A stretch of DNA of 43,787 nt from Acidobacteriota bacterium (GTDB lineage: Bacteria > Acidobacteriota > Blastocatellia > Pyrinomonadales > Pyrinomonadaceae), in the NCBI GenBank assembly GCA_013813755.1, contig JACCRD010000002.1:1-43787 (forward strand). The letters are read 5' to 3'. Within the stretch, counting starts at the first letter, position 1. The number at the start of each line of letters is the position of its first letter. The translations under genes were made by a program, and so were the position numbers. The notes below the pieces were generated by a model. It was given only the letters and a program-made list of their open reading frames with translations, did not search any database and was not told where the DNA came from. Below are positions 26,699 to 38,054 of this stretch, piece after piece.

Positions 26699-27817
26699 CT
26701 AGTCAGCCTGTCGCCTGATAAATGTAGGAACATTAATATCTTCTTCCTTTTTTACGTCTGCCGGATTAAAGACAGGCATCATCCGGCTTCCGACCGCCGC
26801 GTGATTTGCTTCAACAAGCGGCGTTTGCGGCATAACATTTTGTTTATGTTCATCGAAACCGGTGGCGATGACCGTGATTTTTACGCGATCCTGCATTTCT
26901 TCGTTAAATACCGTTCCGAAGATGATATTGGCGTCTTCATCAGCTTCCTGATGAATCAGCGAAATCGCGTCTTCAATTTCATCGAGCGGCATATTTTTGG
27001 AACCCGTAATATTAATCAGCGCGCCTCTCGCTCCTTTGATTGAATTTTCTTCGAGCAATTTGGAATCAATCGCCGCTTTCATCGCGCTGATTGCCGCCCC
27101 GTCGCCGCTTCCTTCGCCGATGCCAATCAGTGCCACACCCATTCCATGCATCACGGATTTGACGTCCGCAAAATCAAGATTGATGATGCCCGGCACGATG
27201 ATCAAATCGGAAATGCCCTGCACGGCTTGCAGCAAAATATCGTCAGCGCGGCGGAACGCTTCCATAATCGAAATTTTTTCTTCGACCTCTTTAAGCTTGG
27301 AATTTGGAATTGTAATGATCGTATCGACACAGCCGCGCAACTCGGCTAAACCTTCTTCGGCTTGGCGCATACGCTTTTTGCCTTCGACGTTAAAAGGCTT
27401 TGTGACAACGGCGACGGTCAGCGCGCCGAGTTCGATGGCGAGCGCGGCAATGACCGGTGCGGCGCCCGTTCCCGTTCCGCCGCCGAGTCCCGTGGTCACG
27501 AAAACCATATCCGCGCCTTCCAACACGTCCATTATTTTTTCGGTATCTTCGATGGCGGCTTGCCTGCCGATTTGCGGGTTGGCGCCCGCGCCCAGCCCGC
27601 GCGTCAATTCGCTTCCAAGCTGAATTTTAATCGGCGCTTTTGAATCGTTCAGAGCCTGCACATCCGTATTCACCACGATAAATTCGATGCCTTTGATGCC
27701 CGCTTCAATCATCCGGTTGACGGCGTTGCTGCCGCCGCCGCCAACACCAATCACGATAATTTTTGCGCCGGTTATTATTTGGTCATCGAAAGTCATTGTA
27801 ATTCCGTTATTTTTCAT
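26699..27817 (-). CDS. ftsZ: Cell division GTPase FtsZ
   Basis: It has [13 protein letters not shown] and the tubulin signature [12 protein letters not shown], plus the C-terminal peptide [13 protein letters not shown]. Confidence 0.97.
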   Translation of the reverse strand: MKNNGITMTFDDQIITGAKIIVIGVGGGGSNAVNRMIEAGIKGIEFIVVNTDVQALNDSKAPIKIQLGSELTRGLGAGANPQIGRQAAIEDTEKIMDVLEGADMVFVTTGLGGGTGTGAAPVIAALAIELGALTVAVVTKPFNVEGKKRMRQAEEGLAELRGCVDTIITIPNSKLKEVEEKISIMEAFRRADDILLQAVQGISDLIIVPGIINLDFADVKSVMHGMGVALIGIGEGSGDGAAISAMKAAIDSKLLEENSIKGARGALINITGSKNMPLDEIEDAISLIHQEADEDANIIFGTVFNEEMQDRVKITVIATGFDEHKQNVMPQTPLVEANHAAVGSRMMPVFNPADVKKEEDINVPTFIRRQAD

Positions 27818-27988
27818 TTGGGTTTACCGTCCGTAATTATTAATTTTTAGTTCGCCTTATGATATTTCAGCCGCTTAAATCAATCGTGATGAATTTTCGA
27901 AAGAATTTATAATTTCAACAAGATATTGTGCTTATGGGAGAGAAGCATACAACGATTTGTGATAAAAAATCTAGTCGAAATGTTAAAT

Positions 27989-29227
27989 TTATCTAAATTT
28001 CTCGCGAAAATTTTCAAACCACTCGGCAACCTTTCGTGCCTGCGATTTTCCGCCCGTATTGAGGGTGCGAATTTGTGAACGCATCGAAGAAAGCGCCAGC
28101 CCGCAAGCGACCGCCCACTCCGGATTTTGAACTTCGTCAAAGAGTCCGCCGAACAGTTTCGGCTCTAAAAATCCGAGGCGCGTCGGCGCGTCGAAAACCT
28201 GTTCGGCAATCTCGACCATTCCGCGATTGAGCGCGCCGCCGCCGGTTAAAATCACGCCGCTCGGAATCTGCCCGCGTGAGTTAAAAACTTCCTGCGCGAT
28301 GAGCTGAAGCAGTTCGATGGCGCGCGGTTGCATAATGTCAGCCAAAATTTCCTTCGACAATTGCCTCGTTTCCTGTCTGCCAACCGGCGTTACTTCAATC
28401 GATTCTTTTCGTTCCGCTTCATTCATTAAAAATCCGGCGACGCAACCGTAATGATGCTTAATTTTGTTAGCTTCGGGAATCGAAACGCGCAAACCGACGG
28501 CGATGTCTTTGGTAAAATGCATTCCGCCAAAAGGAAAAACCGTCGTATGCTGCACCGCGCCCCGTCCGAAAATCATCAAACTGGTTAATTCCGAGCCGAT
28601 GTTGACGAGCGCGCAGCCATATTCTTTATCATCATCGGTTAAAGTGCTCTGCGCCGCCGCGAGCGGTTCGAGTATCATTTTTTCAACTTCGAGTCCGGCT
28701 TGCCTGATTGCTTTGACGACATTTTGTTTGCCGGCGCTCGGACTCGAAACAACGTGAATCCGGCTTTCCAGACGCGAGCCGCGCATCCCGATCGGCTCAA
28801 CAATTCCGTCCTGTCCGTCAATAATAAATTCCTGCGGCAGACGATCGACAATTTCCCATCCGGCGGGAAGCTGCATCGCGCTGGCGGATTCAACCGCTCG
28901 TTCGACATCTTCGGTTGTAATCTCGCGCCCCGCGCCGGCAACCGCGACGACACCGGTTTTATTTTCACCGCGCAGATGTTCGCCTGAAAGATTGATGGTT
29001 ACCGCCTGAATCTCAAAACCGCTCATTCGCTCGGCATCACCCACGGCTTTTTTGATTGTTTCAATTACCGCGTCAGTCGTCGTAACAATTCCGCGCCGCA
29101 AACCGCGCGATTCAGCTTGTCCGATGCCGATAATATTCATCACACCGCCCGCGGACGGCTCACCGATTACACAGCGAACTTTGCTCGTTCCGATGTCTAA
29201 GCCGACTGCCTGTATTTCACGGTTCAT
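27989..29227 (-). CDS. ftsA: Cell division protein FtsA
   Basis: The actin-like ATPase begins VGLDIGTSKVRCVIGE, and motifs such as LTGGGALNRGMVEIAEQVF are present. It sits immediately upstream of ftsZ. Confidence 0.93.
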   Translation of the reverse strand: MNREIQAVGLDIGTSKVRCVIGEPSAGGVMNIIGIGQAESRGLRRGIVTTTDAVIETIKKAVGDAERMSGFEIQAVTINLSGEHLRGENKTGVVAVAGAGREITTEDVERAVESASAMQLPAGWEIVDRLPQEFIIDGQDGIVEPIGMRGSRLESRIHVVSSPSAGKQNVVKAIRQAGLEVEKMILEPLAAAQSTLTDDDKEYGCALVNIGSELTSLMIFGRGAVQHTTVFPFGGMHFTKDIAVGLRVSIPEANKIKHHYGCVAGFLMNEAERKESIEVTPVGRQETRQLSKEILADIMQPRAIELLQLIAQEVFNSRGQIPSGVILTGGGALNRGMVEIAEQVFDAPTRLGFLEPKLFGGLFDEVQNPEWAVACGLALSSMRSQIRTLNTGGKSQARKVAEWFENFREKFR

Positions 29228-29246
29228 TATTTTCAGTTTAATCTCA

Positions 29247-30074
29247 TTACTTAGCTCGAAAACCTAAAATCTCTTTCTGGTTGTTAAGATTTAACGATTC
29301 AATTTCCCTTCCGCGCCCGACGATAATTTCCAGTCCTTTCTGAAGCCGCTTGGCAAAATTGTCTTTCGGCAGATGAATCGTCACCATTTCGCCCGAATCC
29401 GGCACGATTGCCTGCGGCGACTGCAAATCTGCCAGATTGACCGCGCTCACCCGTTTTGAAAGGTCAAAGTCCTTCCAGTCGTTGAGCATTTTTAGATAGA
29501 TTTTGACACGTTCCTGATTGTCTTTCGTCGCCTTTTCAGATTTTGTTTCGTCCCAGCCGCGCAAAACGAACGGGGGATTTGAATCGCGCTTTTCCGCCGG
29601 CGCGAGAATAACGCCGTCTTCATCCGCCCAGTAATCGGTTTTTCCCAGACGGATGATTGCCCGCAAAACTCTCTCGTTGACGCTGACGCGCAGACCGTCG
29701 GGCAGAACGCGTGAGACAACGGCTGTTTTTACAAATCTGAGTTTTTCGACTTCATCCTTAATCTGCTTCAAATCCGCGTTCCAGACGCCTGATTTCGCGC
29801 TCTGCCGGCTGACGATTTTTTCGATTTCTTCTTTTGAAGTTCGCTCAAGTCCGCGCATTTCAACGTTTCTGACATCAAAAAACGACGAAGCCGTCACTGT
29901 TCGATAACCCATAAACATCAAAAACCCGAGACAAAAAACGATACCGATAATAAAAACGAGCGGAATCAAAAAACTGGCGGAACTCGCCGAATTATTTTTA
30001 CGCGCCGTTGAAGTTTGTCGCCTTTTAATCGCCGCGTCAGTTTTGCGTTTTGGAATTCTTTTTCGTGTCGTCAT
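29247..30074 (-). CDS. ftsQ: Cell division protein FtsQ (POTRA)
   Basis: It has a basic cytoplasmic N-tail, a single TM segment (FLIPLVFIIGIVFCLGFLMFMGY) and a POTRA-like segment (FDVRNVEMRGLERTSKEEI). It sits between murC and ftsA. Confidence 0.8.
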   Translation of the reverse strand: MTTRKRIPKRKTDAAIKRRQTSTARKNNSASSASFLIPLVFIIGIVFCLGFLMFMGYRTVTASSFFDVRNVEMRGLERTSKEEIEKIVSRQSAKSGVWNADLKQIKDEVEKLRFVKTAVVSRVLPDGLRVSVNERVLRAIIRLGKTDYWADEDGVILAPAEKRDSNPPFVLRGWDETKSEKATKDNQERVKIYLKMLNDWKDFDLSKRVSAVNLADLQSPQAIVPDSGEMVTIHLPKDNFAKRLQKGLEIIVGRGREIESLNLNNQKEILGFRAK

Positions 30075-30121
30075 AGCTTTCGATTGTTGTCTAAAAATAG
30101 CACCGGCAAATTCGTCGCCTT

Positions 30122-31504
30122 CTAATTTTTATTGAGTAAATCTAAAATTTCATCGGAAAGCTTCGTGATGCTTCCCGCTCCCAAAGTAATTAATAAATCG
30201 TCTTTTTGTAAATCCTCAATGACCCGCGCCGCCGCAGTTGTGATGTCGCCGATATACTGGACATTTTTATGTCCGAATTCTTTGATTTTTGCGGCGAGGG
30301 TTTCCGCCGTCACTCCTTCGATCGGCTGTTCGCTGGCGGCATAAATATCCAGCAGATAAACCGCGTCGGCGTTGTTAAATGAACGCGCGAAATCTTCCAT
30401 CAATTCGTTGGTGCGCGTGAACCGGTGCGGCTGAAAAATTACCACGGTGCGCTGTCCGCTCGAACCGTTTTTCGCCGCCGAGAGCGTCGCTAAAATCTCG
30501 GTCGGGTGATGCCCGTAATCATCGACAACGGTAATTCCGCGCGCTTCGCCCTTAAATTGAAAACGGCGATCGGCATTCTTAAATTTTGTAAACGCTTCGG
30601 CAATCAGCGCGAACGGAACTTCCAGCTCAAGCGCTACTGTTGTTGCGCCTAAAGCATTATAAACATTATGTTTGCCCGGCACCGGCAAATTTATTTCACC
30701 TAAAACTTCGCTCCCTCGCCAAACCGTAAAACTCGAACCGAAGGTTTCGGTATAAGAAATATTGTGCGCGGAAACATCAGCCTGCACGGTAAACCCGTAG
30801 GTCACGAGGCGGCGTTTGATAAACGGAATAATCGACTGCACGTTCGGGTCGTCGAGACAGATGACGCACGCGCCGTAGAACGGAACTTTGTTGACAAAAT
30901 CCGTAAAACACTGCGTGATGTCGTCCATTCCCTTATATGATTCCATATGTTCGCGGTCGATATTCGTAACGACTGAAATCGTCGGGTTGAGCATCAAAAA
31001 TGAACGATCACTTTCGTCCGCTTCGATCACAAACCAATCGCTCGTGCCGAGTTTCGCGTTTGAGCCGAGCGTGTCAACCACGCCGCCGACAATCGTCGTC
31101 GGATCGACTCCGGCGTGTCCCAAAATTGTCGCGACCATCGAAGTCGTTGATGTTTTCCCGTGCGAACCGGCAATACCAATCGAATACGGCTTCAAGGTCA
31201 TCAATTCGGCAAGCATTTCAGCCCGCGGAATCACTGGAATTTTATTTTCCCGTGCAAAAATCACTTCTGGATTATCTTCTTTAACTGCCGATGAATAAAC
31301 AACGACCTGCGCTTCGCCGACATTTTCCGCCGCGTGTCCTTCGTAAATTTTCGCGCCAAGTTTTTCAAGCCGGTCGGTATTTTTTGATTTTTTCAAATCC
31401 GAACCCGTCACTTGAAATTCGAGATTGCGCAAAACCTCCGCGATGCCGCTCATCCCGATGCCGCCGATGCCGATGAAGTGAATATTTTTTACGTGCCGAA
31501 ACAT
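30122..31504 (-). CDS. murC: UDP-N-acetylmuramate--L-alanine ligase MurC
   Basis: Motifs include [18 protein letters not shown], the ATP site [14 protein letters not shown] and [10 protein letters not shown]. Confidence 0.93.
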   Translation of the reverse strand: MFRHVKNIHFIGIGGIGMSGIAEVLRNLEFQVTGSDLKKSKNTDRLEKLGAKIYEGHAAENVGEAQVVVYSSAVKEDNPEVIFARENKIPVIPRAEMLAELMTLKPYSIGIAGSHGKTSTTSMVATILGHAGVDPTTIVGGVVDTLGSNAKLGTSDWFVIEADESDRSFLMLNPTISVVTNIDREHMESYKGMDDITQCFTDFVNKVPFYGACVICLDDPNVQSIIPFIKRRLVTYGFTVQADVSAHNISYTETFGSSFTVWRGSEVLGEINLPVPGKHNVYNALGATTVALELEVPFALIAEAFTKFKNADRRFQFKGEARGITVVDDYGHHPTEILATLSAAKNGSSGQRTVVIFQPHRFTRTNELMEDFARSFNNADAVYLLDIYAASEQPIEGVTAETLAAKIKEFGHKNVQYIGDITTAAARVIEDLQKDDLLITLGAGSITKLSDEILDLLNKN

Positions 31505-31561
31505 TTCGATTATGGATTATAGATTTTGGATTTTATGAAATCCGCAATCTCGAAACTAAAA

Positions 31562-32641
31562 TTAATTTTTTCTTTGAGCTAAACTTTCTATTAAATCAAC
31601 TGCTACGTTCGCTGCGTCTGCTTTTGCCAATTTCTTTGCCGAAGTTTCCATTGCGGTAATTTTTTCGGGCGAAGAAATCAAGTTTTTTATTTCCCGCGCT
31701 AACCCTTCACCGTTTAGATTTTTTTGCAAAATCATTTTTGCCGCGCCTGCTCGTTCTAACGCTTCAGCGTTTTTTCGCTGGTGGTCGTCAGCCGCTGTCG
31801 GAAGCGGAATCATCATCGAGGCTTTTCCCGCCGCCGCGAGTTCCGCGCACGTCGTCGCTCCCGCCCGGCAAATTATCAAATCGCTTTTAGCAAATTCGGA
31901 AACCATATCCGAAATATATTGGCGCACGTCTGCCGTTTCCCAACCGGCACGTTTGTATAATTCATCTATTTTTTCAAAATCCGCCTCGCCCGTTTGATGG
32001 ACAATTTTTAATTTGTCTTGATCCGCTTCCAAAAAAGGCAACGCGTCAGTCATCGCGTTATTGATCGCCCGCGCTCCTTGCGAACCGCCGAAAATCAAAA
32101 GATTTAACCGTGCTTCCCGCGCTTTCGGCAAAATATCAAAAAACTCGCGGCGCACAGGATTTCCCGTGACAATTCCCTTTTCGCCAAAATACGGCAGAGC
32201 TTCGTCAAATGCTAAAGCCGCTTTGGTGACGAACGGCGCCAGCCTGCGATTTGTAAATCCGGGCAGCGCGTTTGAATCCATCACGAGTGTCGGAACGCGC
32301 ATCAGGCTTGCCATCAATAAAACCGGACCGGAAACATATCCGCCTGCGCCGATTACTACATCCGGCTTAAACTCCTTGATCAACTTTCGCGCTTCCAGAA
32401 AACTTTTGGGCAAAATCAACAAGCCCTTCAGTTTTCCGAGCAGTCCGACGTTTTTTAGTCCCGCGCTGTTGATCAAAGCCAGTTCGAAGCCGCTTTCGGG
32501 AACAATTTTTGTTTCCAGTCCCCGCGCTGTCCCGACAAATAAAACTTTCGATTCAGTGTCGCGCCTTATAATCTCTTTAGCGACGGCGATTCCCGGATAG
32601 ATATGCCCGCCAGTTCCGCCCGCGGCGATTATGATTTTCAT
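31562..32641 (-). CDS. murG: UDP-GlcNAc:lipid I N-acetylglucosaminyltransferase MurG
   Basis: ATG 32641 gives MKIIIAAGGTGGHIYPGIAVA. GGSQGA and the RAGATTCAELAAAGK..I.IP motifs are present. The track's TTG 32659 extension was not used. Confidence 0.93.
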   Translation of the reverse strand: MKIIIAAGGTGGHIYPGIAVAKEIIRRDTESKVLFVGTARGLETKIVPESGFELALINSAGLKNVGLLGKLKGLLILPKSFLEARKLIKEFKPDVVIGAGGYVSGPVLLMASLMRVPTLVMDSNALPGFTNRRLAPFVTKAALAFDEALPYFGEKGIVTGNPVRREFFDILPKAREARLNLLIFGGSQGARAINNAMTDALPFLEADQDKLKIVHQTGEADFEKIDELYKRAGWETADVRQYISDMVSEFAKSDLIICRAGATTCAELAAAGKASMMIPLPTAADDHQRKNAEALERAGAAKMILQKNLNGEGLAREIKNLISSPEKITAMETSAKKLAKADAANVAVDLIESLAQRKN

Positions 32642-32685
32642 CTTTACTTTTACCGACAACAGTTAATAAATTTTTCAAATATCTC

Positions 32686-33867
32686 TTACTTCAAACCTAT
32701 TTGTCCGCGCTTTCGGCGGCGCGGCGACATTACAAACTCATCATTTCTAAGGTCTACTTTCAAAACAGCGCTTCCGGCATACTGCGAAATGTTGAGCAGA
32801 ATTCCGACGGCAAAAAGCGTAACGATGATTGATGAACCGCCGTATGAAATAAACGGCAGCGGAATTCCTTTTGCCGGCAAAATTGAAATTACGACGCTGA
32901 TGTTAAAGAGCGCCTGCGCGATTATTCCCGTCACAATACCGATTCCGAGCAGCATCGAAAATCTGTCGGGAGCCAGCAGCGCCGCGCGTGTGCCGCGCCA
33001 TAAAAGCAGACCGAATGCCAGTACGACCGCTAAAGTTCCGACTAAGCCTAATTCTTCGCCAACCACCGCAAAAATAAAGTCGGAATGCGGATACGGCAGA
33101 TAAAAAAGTTTCTGCTGCCCTTTCGCGAAACCTTCGCCGATGACTCCGCCCGAACCGATCGCGTAGAGCGACTGAACAACTTGGTAGCCGGCATCGTCGG
33201 CGTGCTTGTATGGATCGGCAAAAGCCATCAGGCGTTCGACGCGCCACGGAGCGAAAATCAGGGCGCACGTTCCGATAAAAAGCAAGCCGAGACCAACTGC
33301 TGCGAGATGGAGAATTTTTGCGCCGGCGGCAAAATACATTGCGATAAAAGCGGCGCACAAAACCATCGTTGTTCCCAGATCCGGCTCAAAAATAATCAGG
33401 CTGCCGAAAAATCCTAAAACCATAGCGCACGGCAAAACCGTTTCTTTTAAGTCACCGACCAAATCTTGGTTTTTTGTCAAAAAGTATGCGAAAAAAATCG
33501 GCAGAGCGATTTTAGCGATTTCCGAAGGCTGAAACGAAAACATAGGAAAACGTATCCAACGCCGCGCCCCGTTAATCGGCGGAAAGCCGAAAACGGCAAG
33601 CAGCAAAACGGCGGTTGCGGCGAGCAGTCCGTAAACAATTGTTTTATTTTGGTACCACCGATAATCGATTTTGCTCGTCAAAAACATAATCAAAAGACCT
33701 GCCAAAGTAAAACCAAACTGCTTGTAAAAATATGTAAATTGGCTTTCTCCTCCTGTTTCCTTCAGGGCGATTATTGCCGACGCGCTGTAAACCATTACTG
33801 ATCCAAACAGCGCGAGACTGGCGGCAATCGCAAATAAAAACCAATCAATTCTCCGCTTTTTAATCAT
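32686..33867 (-). CDS. ftsW: SEDS-family lipid II polymerase/flippase FtsW
   Basis: It is a polytopic FtsW/RodA/SpoVE family protein (QPSEIAKIALPIFFAYFL, SDFIFAVVGEELG, LPFISYGGSS) in the dcw position between murD and murG. Confidence 0.88.
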   Translation of the reverse strand: MIKKRRIDWFLFAIAASLALFGSVMVYSASAIIALKETGGESQFTYFYKQFGFTLAGLLIMFLTSKIDYRWYQNKTIVYGLLAATAVLLLAVFGFPPINGARRWIRFPMFSFQPSEIAKIALPIFFAYFLTKNQDLVGDLKETVLPCAMVLGFFGSLIIFEPDLGTTMVLCAAFIAMYFAAGAKILHLAAVGLGLLFIGTCALIFAPWRVERLMAFADPYKHADDAGYQVVQSLYAIGSGGVIGEGFAKGQQKLFYLPYPHSDFIFAVVGEELGLVGTLAVVLAFGLLLWRGTRAALLAPDRFSMLLGIGIVTGIIAQALFNISVVISILPAKGIPLPFISYGGSSIIVTLFAVGILLNISQYAGSAVLKVDLRNDEFVMSPRRRKRGQIGLK

Positions 33868-33951
33868 TTTTCAACGATAGTCCAAAGTCTAATGTTTAAC
33901 GCCCAATGTTCAATGTCTGCTGTCTAAGTTCATTCGATTTCCAAAGTAACT

Positions 33952-35319
33952 TTAAACTCTGGACTCTAAATCTTCGACGGCGTTTTTAAATACCACACCT
34001 CTTTCTTCAAACGAACGAAACATATCGAAACTGGCGCACCCGGGCGCGAGCAAAACCGAATCGCCGCTTTCGGCGCTCTGGAAACTTTTCAAAACCGCGT
34101 CCGGCATCGATCCGGCGCGAACAATTTCCGCGAATTCTTTTAACTGACTTTCAATATTGTCCGCATCCTCGCCGATTAAAACGAGTTTGCGGACATTGCT
34201 TTTTATCAAACGAGCGAGCGGCTCATACGGAGCATTTTTTCCGCGCCCGCCTAAAATCAAATTGATTTTCCCCGTCTCTTCGGCAAGGGCTTCGAGCGCT
34301 TTTAACGTTGCGTCAACGCTCGTCGCTTTCGAATCGTTGTAAAATTTCACCCCTTCAATTTCCGCTACATATTCGAGTCGATGCTCGACGGCTTTGAAAT
34401 TGCGAACGGTTTCGCGCATCGATTCGAGCGACGCGCCGCACGCGATTCCTGTCGCAAAACTTGCCAGAATATTTTCGACATTGTGCAAACCACGCAGAGT
34501 CATCTCATCCCTCGTCGTCAAAACTTTCTCCGCTCCGTCCAGACGGCAAATTAAATCGCGCCCGCGCAGAAACAAACCGCTGTCTAATTCTTTCCTGACG
34601 CTGAAGAATATAACTTTTGCCTTCAAATTTTCCGCCCAACTCCGGGTCGTTTCGTCGTCGAAATTCAAGATTGCCGTGTCGTCCGCCGTCTGATTCAAAA
34701 ACAGACGATGCTTGGCGGCGGCGTAATCGCTGAAAAAATTGTATCGGTCAAGGTGATTCGGCGTAACATTTAGAGCAACTGCAATATTCGGGCGAAAATC
34801 CCTGATCGTTTCGAGCTGAAAACTTGAAAGCTCGCACACCGTCCACGTTTCCTCGCCCGAAGTTTCCGCCAGAGTTATCAGAGCCGTTCCGATATTTCCG
34901 CCGATTTGCGTTACAATCCCAGCATTTTTCAAAAGCTCGCCGATCAAAGTCGTCGTTGTCGTTTTGCCGTTTGAGCCGGTGATTCCAATGACGCGACCTT
35001 TCAGAAACCTGTATGCGAGTTCGACTTCGCCGATCACTTCACCGTCTTTACGTCCGACATAACGCGCCGGAACAGAATTCGTCGGAACACCCGGCGAAAC
35101 AACGACCAGATCAATCTGATCGAGCAGCCACGAAGGAATTTGCCCTTCGAGTAGACCAATTTTTTCTGTTTTCAAAGAACGCGCTTTTTCCGTCCAGTCC
35201 TCGAGCGGTTTTTTGTCGTGCAGCGCGACAACCGCGCCGCGCCCGGCAAGAAATTTCGCCGCGGCGACTCCTGATTCGCCCGCGCCGAGGATTAAAGTTT
35301 TTTTCCCCTCTAAGTCCAT
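33952..35319 (-). CDS. murD: UDP-N-acetylmuramoylalanine--D-glutamate ligase MurD
   Basis: Motifs include LILGAGESGVAAAKFL, GITGSNGKTTTTTL, NDSKATSVDA and LILGGRGK. Confidence 0.93.
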   Translation of the reverse strand: MDLEGKKTLILGAGESGVAAAKFLAGRGAVVALHDKKPLEDWTEKARSLKTEKIGLLEGQIPSWLLDQIDLVVVSPGVPTNSVPARYVGRKDGEVIGEVELAYRFLKGRVIGITGSNGKTTTTTLIGELLKNAGIVTQIGGNIGTALITLAETSGEETWTVCELSSFQLETIRDFRPNIAVALNVTPNHLDRYNFFSDYAAAKHRLFLNQTADDTAILNFDDETTRSWAENLKAKVIFFSVRKELDSGLFLRGRDLICRLDGAEKVLTTRDEMTLRGLHNVENILASFATGIACGASLESMRETVRNFKAVEHRLEYVAEIEGVKFYNDSKATSVDATLKALEALAEETGKINLILGGRGKNAPYEPLARLIKSNVRKLVLIGEDADNIESQLKEFAEIVRAGSMPDAVLKSFQSAESGDSVLLAPGCASFDMFRSFEERGVVFKNAVEDLESRV

Positions 35320-35331
35320 CCAACAATCTGT

Positions 35332-36483
35332 TTACCGCAGTTTCAAAGTTGCCAAACTCATCAACGCGAAAAGTATCCCGATAATCACGAACCGGAAAAC
35401 AATCTTTGGTTCTTTCCAGCCCAAAAGCTGAAAATGATGATGAAGCGGAGCCTGTCTGAAAATTCGTGTGCCGACTCCTGTTTTCGGATTTTTCGTCCAT
35501 TTAAAGTAAGAAACCTGAATCATCACCGAAGCCGCTTCCAAAATAAAAACACCGCCGATAAACGGCAGAAGAAATTCCTGTTTCGTCAAAATCGCCACTG
35601 TTCCGAGCGCTCCTCCGATTGCTAAAGAGCCGACATCACCCATAAAAACTTCCGCCGGCGGCGCGTTGTACCACAAAAATCCGAGACTCGCGCCCACCAT
35701 CGCGCCGCAGAAAACCGTTAATTCCGCCGCCTCCGGTTTGTGCGTCATATCTAGATACGATGCCCAGCGCCCGTCGCTGGAAATATACGTCAGCGCTGTC
35801 AGAGCCGACATTGCGATAAAAGTCATACTCGCCGCCAAACCGTCCATTCCATCAGTTAAATTGACGGCGTTTGACGAACCGAGCAGAACGAATATGATAA
35901 AAATCAAATAAACGACCGGACCGATCCACGTCACCGCCTGGCTATATTCGGAAATCGCCGTCGCCTTAAAAAACGGAATGCTTAAATTCCAGGGATAATT
36001 TGCCACCCAGTAAAGACAGCCCCAAACAATTAGCGCGGTGATTAATTGTCCGAGCAGTTTCTGTTTGCCCGTTAAACCTTTACTTCGTTTCTTGACGATT
36101 TTTATGTAATCGTCAATAAATCCGATCACGCCGAACGAAGTAGTCGCGCCCAGAGCGAGCCACAGATACAAACTGTCGAGCCGCGCCCAAAGAATTGTCG
36201 AAAGAAAAACCGCGCCGAGAATTAAAACGCCGCCCATCGTCGGTGTGCCTTTTTTCGCGTGATGTTCCGCTGAAAGTTCTTCGCGTATTTCCTGTCCGAT
36301 ATTAAGCGCGGCAAGTTTTTTAATGACTTTACCGCCGAAAAGAAGCGAAATTAAAAGCGCGGTAATCGTTGCCAGCGCGGTGCGAAACGTCACATATTGA
36401 AAAACATTCAACCCCTTATAAAAATATGACTCGCCGCGCCCGTAGGTTTGAAAAATGACTTGATATAAAAGGTAATAAAGCAT
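35332..36483 (-). CDS. mraY: Phospho-N-acetylmuramoyl-pentapeptide transferase MraY
   Basis: Motifs include HHAKKGTPTMGG, GFIDDYIKI, NAVNLTDGMDGLA, MGDVGSLAIGG and APLHHHF. Confidence 0.95.
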   Translation of the reverse strand: MLYYLLYQVIFQTYGRGESYFYKGLNVFQYVTFRTALATITALLISLLFGGKVIKKLAALNIGQEIREELSAEHHAKKGTPTMGGVLILGAVFLSTILWARLDSLYLWLALGATTSFGVIGFIDDYIKIVKKRSKGLTGKQKLLGQLITALIVWGCLYWVANYPWNLSIPFFKATAISEYSQAVTWIGPVVYLIFIIFVLLGSSNAVNLTDGMDGLAASMTFIAMSALTALTYISSDGRWASYLDMTHKPEAAELTVFCGAMVGASLGFLWYNAPPAEVFMGDVGSLAIGGALGTVAILTKQEFLLPFIGGVFILEAASVMIQVSYFKWTKNPKTGVGTRIFRQAPLHHHFQLLGWKEPKIVFRFVIIGILFALMSLATLKLR

Positions 36484-36599
36484 TTTTTAGATTGTGGATC
36501 TTCGTTTTTGTATTTTGTATTCGTTCATCACCTTAAATTAACGCCTCTGCATTTTTATCGTTTCAAAAAATTTATATTTGTATGTTTTAATTTATAGAT

Positions 36600-38054
36600 T
36601 CATTGTTCCAAACGATATTTTTCAGTAAGCTTTTCAATTACTTTTTCCGTTTTTACGCCGCGCGAGCCTTTGACTAAAACTAAATCACCCATTTTTATTT
36701 GGTTTACCAGAAATTCGCCCGCTTCATCCGAACTATTGAAAAATTCTGTTTCACGCAAATTATTTGCCTTTGCGCCCTCGACTAAATCTTTCGCCAAGCC
36801 GCGTATGCCGATTAAAAAATCGATGCCGCTGGAAGCGAGTTTAGCGCCTGTTTCCACGTGAATTTCTTTTTCATTTTCGCCCAATTCGAGCATTTCTCCT
36901 GCGACGACGATAAGGCGCTGCGCTGTCTTTCCGCCGTCAACTAAAGTTTCGACCATTTCCAAAAGCGCCGGGGGATTTGAATTATAAGAATCATTAATGA
37001 CCGTAAAATTTTCTTGAAAATGCAAAACTTCACCACGTTGCGCAGGCGGCTCGATTGAACTCAGCGCGTCGGCAATCCGCCGCGCTGTCATCCCGAATTT
37101 GTAACCTACTGCCGCCGCCGCTAAAGCATTTGAAACGTTGTGCCGACCGGAAAGCCGGAAAAATACTTCGGCTTTTCCGTTCGGCACATTCAAGATAAAA
37201 CGTGTTTCGCCAAACCGCTTCATTTCAATTTCGCTTGCTCGGACATCTGCTTTATTCTCGATTCCAAAAGTAATCGTATCGCCTCTGTGAAGTTCGCGCA
37301 TTGCTAAAACGCGAGCGTCGTCAGCATTTAAAACGGCTGTACCGCGCGGTTTCATTCCTTCGATCAGTTCAGCTTTTGCTTTCGCTACATTTTCAATCGA
37401 GCCGAGATGTTCGACGTGTACGGGGAGAACATTTAATTCAACCGCCACATCCGGCGGTGTAATCCGGCACAGACGCGCGATTTCATTCGAAGGCGAAGAC
37501 ATTCCCATCTCCAAAACCGCCGCGTCAAAACTTTTATCTTTCGCCAAATTTAAAACCGTCAGAGGATGTCCCAAACCGTTGTTATAATTTTTGATGTTGC
37601 GCAAAATTTTGCGTCCTGAATACTGTAAAACGTGCGCGGTCAACTCTTTAGCCGTCGTCTTCCCCGCGCTGCCCGTAATCGCCACCACCGATTTGTTCCA
37701 TTCGAGATAAACGCCGCGGGCGAGATTCTGCAAAGCGAGGATCGCGTCGTCAACAAAAATCAGACGATCCGCAAATTGTTCTAAAACCGCTTTGTGTTCT
37801 TCAAATTTGTCAGGACGTGCGACACACGCGACAACGCCTTTTTCGAATGCTTCAGCAATAAACTGATGCGAATCTGCAAATTCGCCGTTAAAACAGTTAT
37901 TTTTATAGTCGGGCTGTGAAAGCGCGAAAAACACTTCGCCCGCTCGCGTTTCGCGTGAGTCAATCGAAAAAGATTGCACCTCGGTTTGAAGCACTGCGGA
38001 ATTTAAGTTTGACGCTTGGGCGTTCATATATTTGACGGCAGTTTTAAGTTTCAA
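36600..38054 (-). CDS. murF: UDP-MurNAc-tripeptide--D-alanyl-D-alanine ligase MurF
   Basis: IDSRETRAGEVFFAL, ITGSAGKTTAKEL and the MurF-specific NDSYNSNP identify MurF rather than MurE. The start is either TTG 38054, overlapping the ftsI stop by 4 nt, or ATG 38027. Confidence 0.9.
   Translation of the reverse strand: MKLKTAVKYMNAQASNLNSAVLQTEVQSFSIDSRETRAGEVFFALSQPDYKNNCFNGEFADSHQFIAEAFEKGVVACVARPDKFEEHKAVLEQFADRLIFVDDAILALQNLARGVYLEWNKSVVAITGSAGKTTAKELTAHVLQYSGRKILRNIKNYNNGLGHPLTVLNLAKDKSFDAAVLEMGMSSPSNEIARLCRITPPDVAVELNVLPVHVEHLGSIENVAKAKAELIEGMKPRGTAVLNADDARVLAMRELHRGDTITFGIENKADVRASEIEMKRFGETRFILNVPNGKAEVFFRLSGRHNVSNALAAAAVGYKFGMTARRIADALSSIEPPAQRGEVLHFQENFTVINDSYNSNPPALLEMVETLVDGGKTAQRLIVVAGEMLELGENEKEIHVETGAKLASSGIDFLIGIRGLAKDLVEGAKANNLRETEFFNSSDEAGEFLVNQIKMGDLVLVKGSRGVKTEKVIEKLTEKYRLEQ

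Noticed and set aside
26997-27623. 208-aa ORF antisense to ftsZ, plus similar long antisense or alternative-frame ORFs (32061-32600, 32603-33103, 38016-38666, 19472-20470, 8747-9292, 10703-11221, 13362-13763, 35111-35500)
   Set aside because: All lie inside confidently identified genes. Their products are low-complexity mirror translations (Ser/Ala/Pro/Phe-rich) without starts, RBSs or recognisable motifs. These are typical shadow ORFs.
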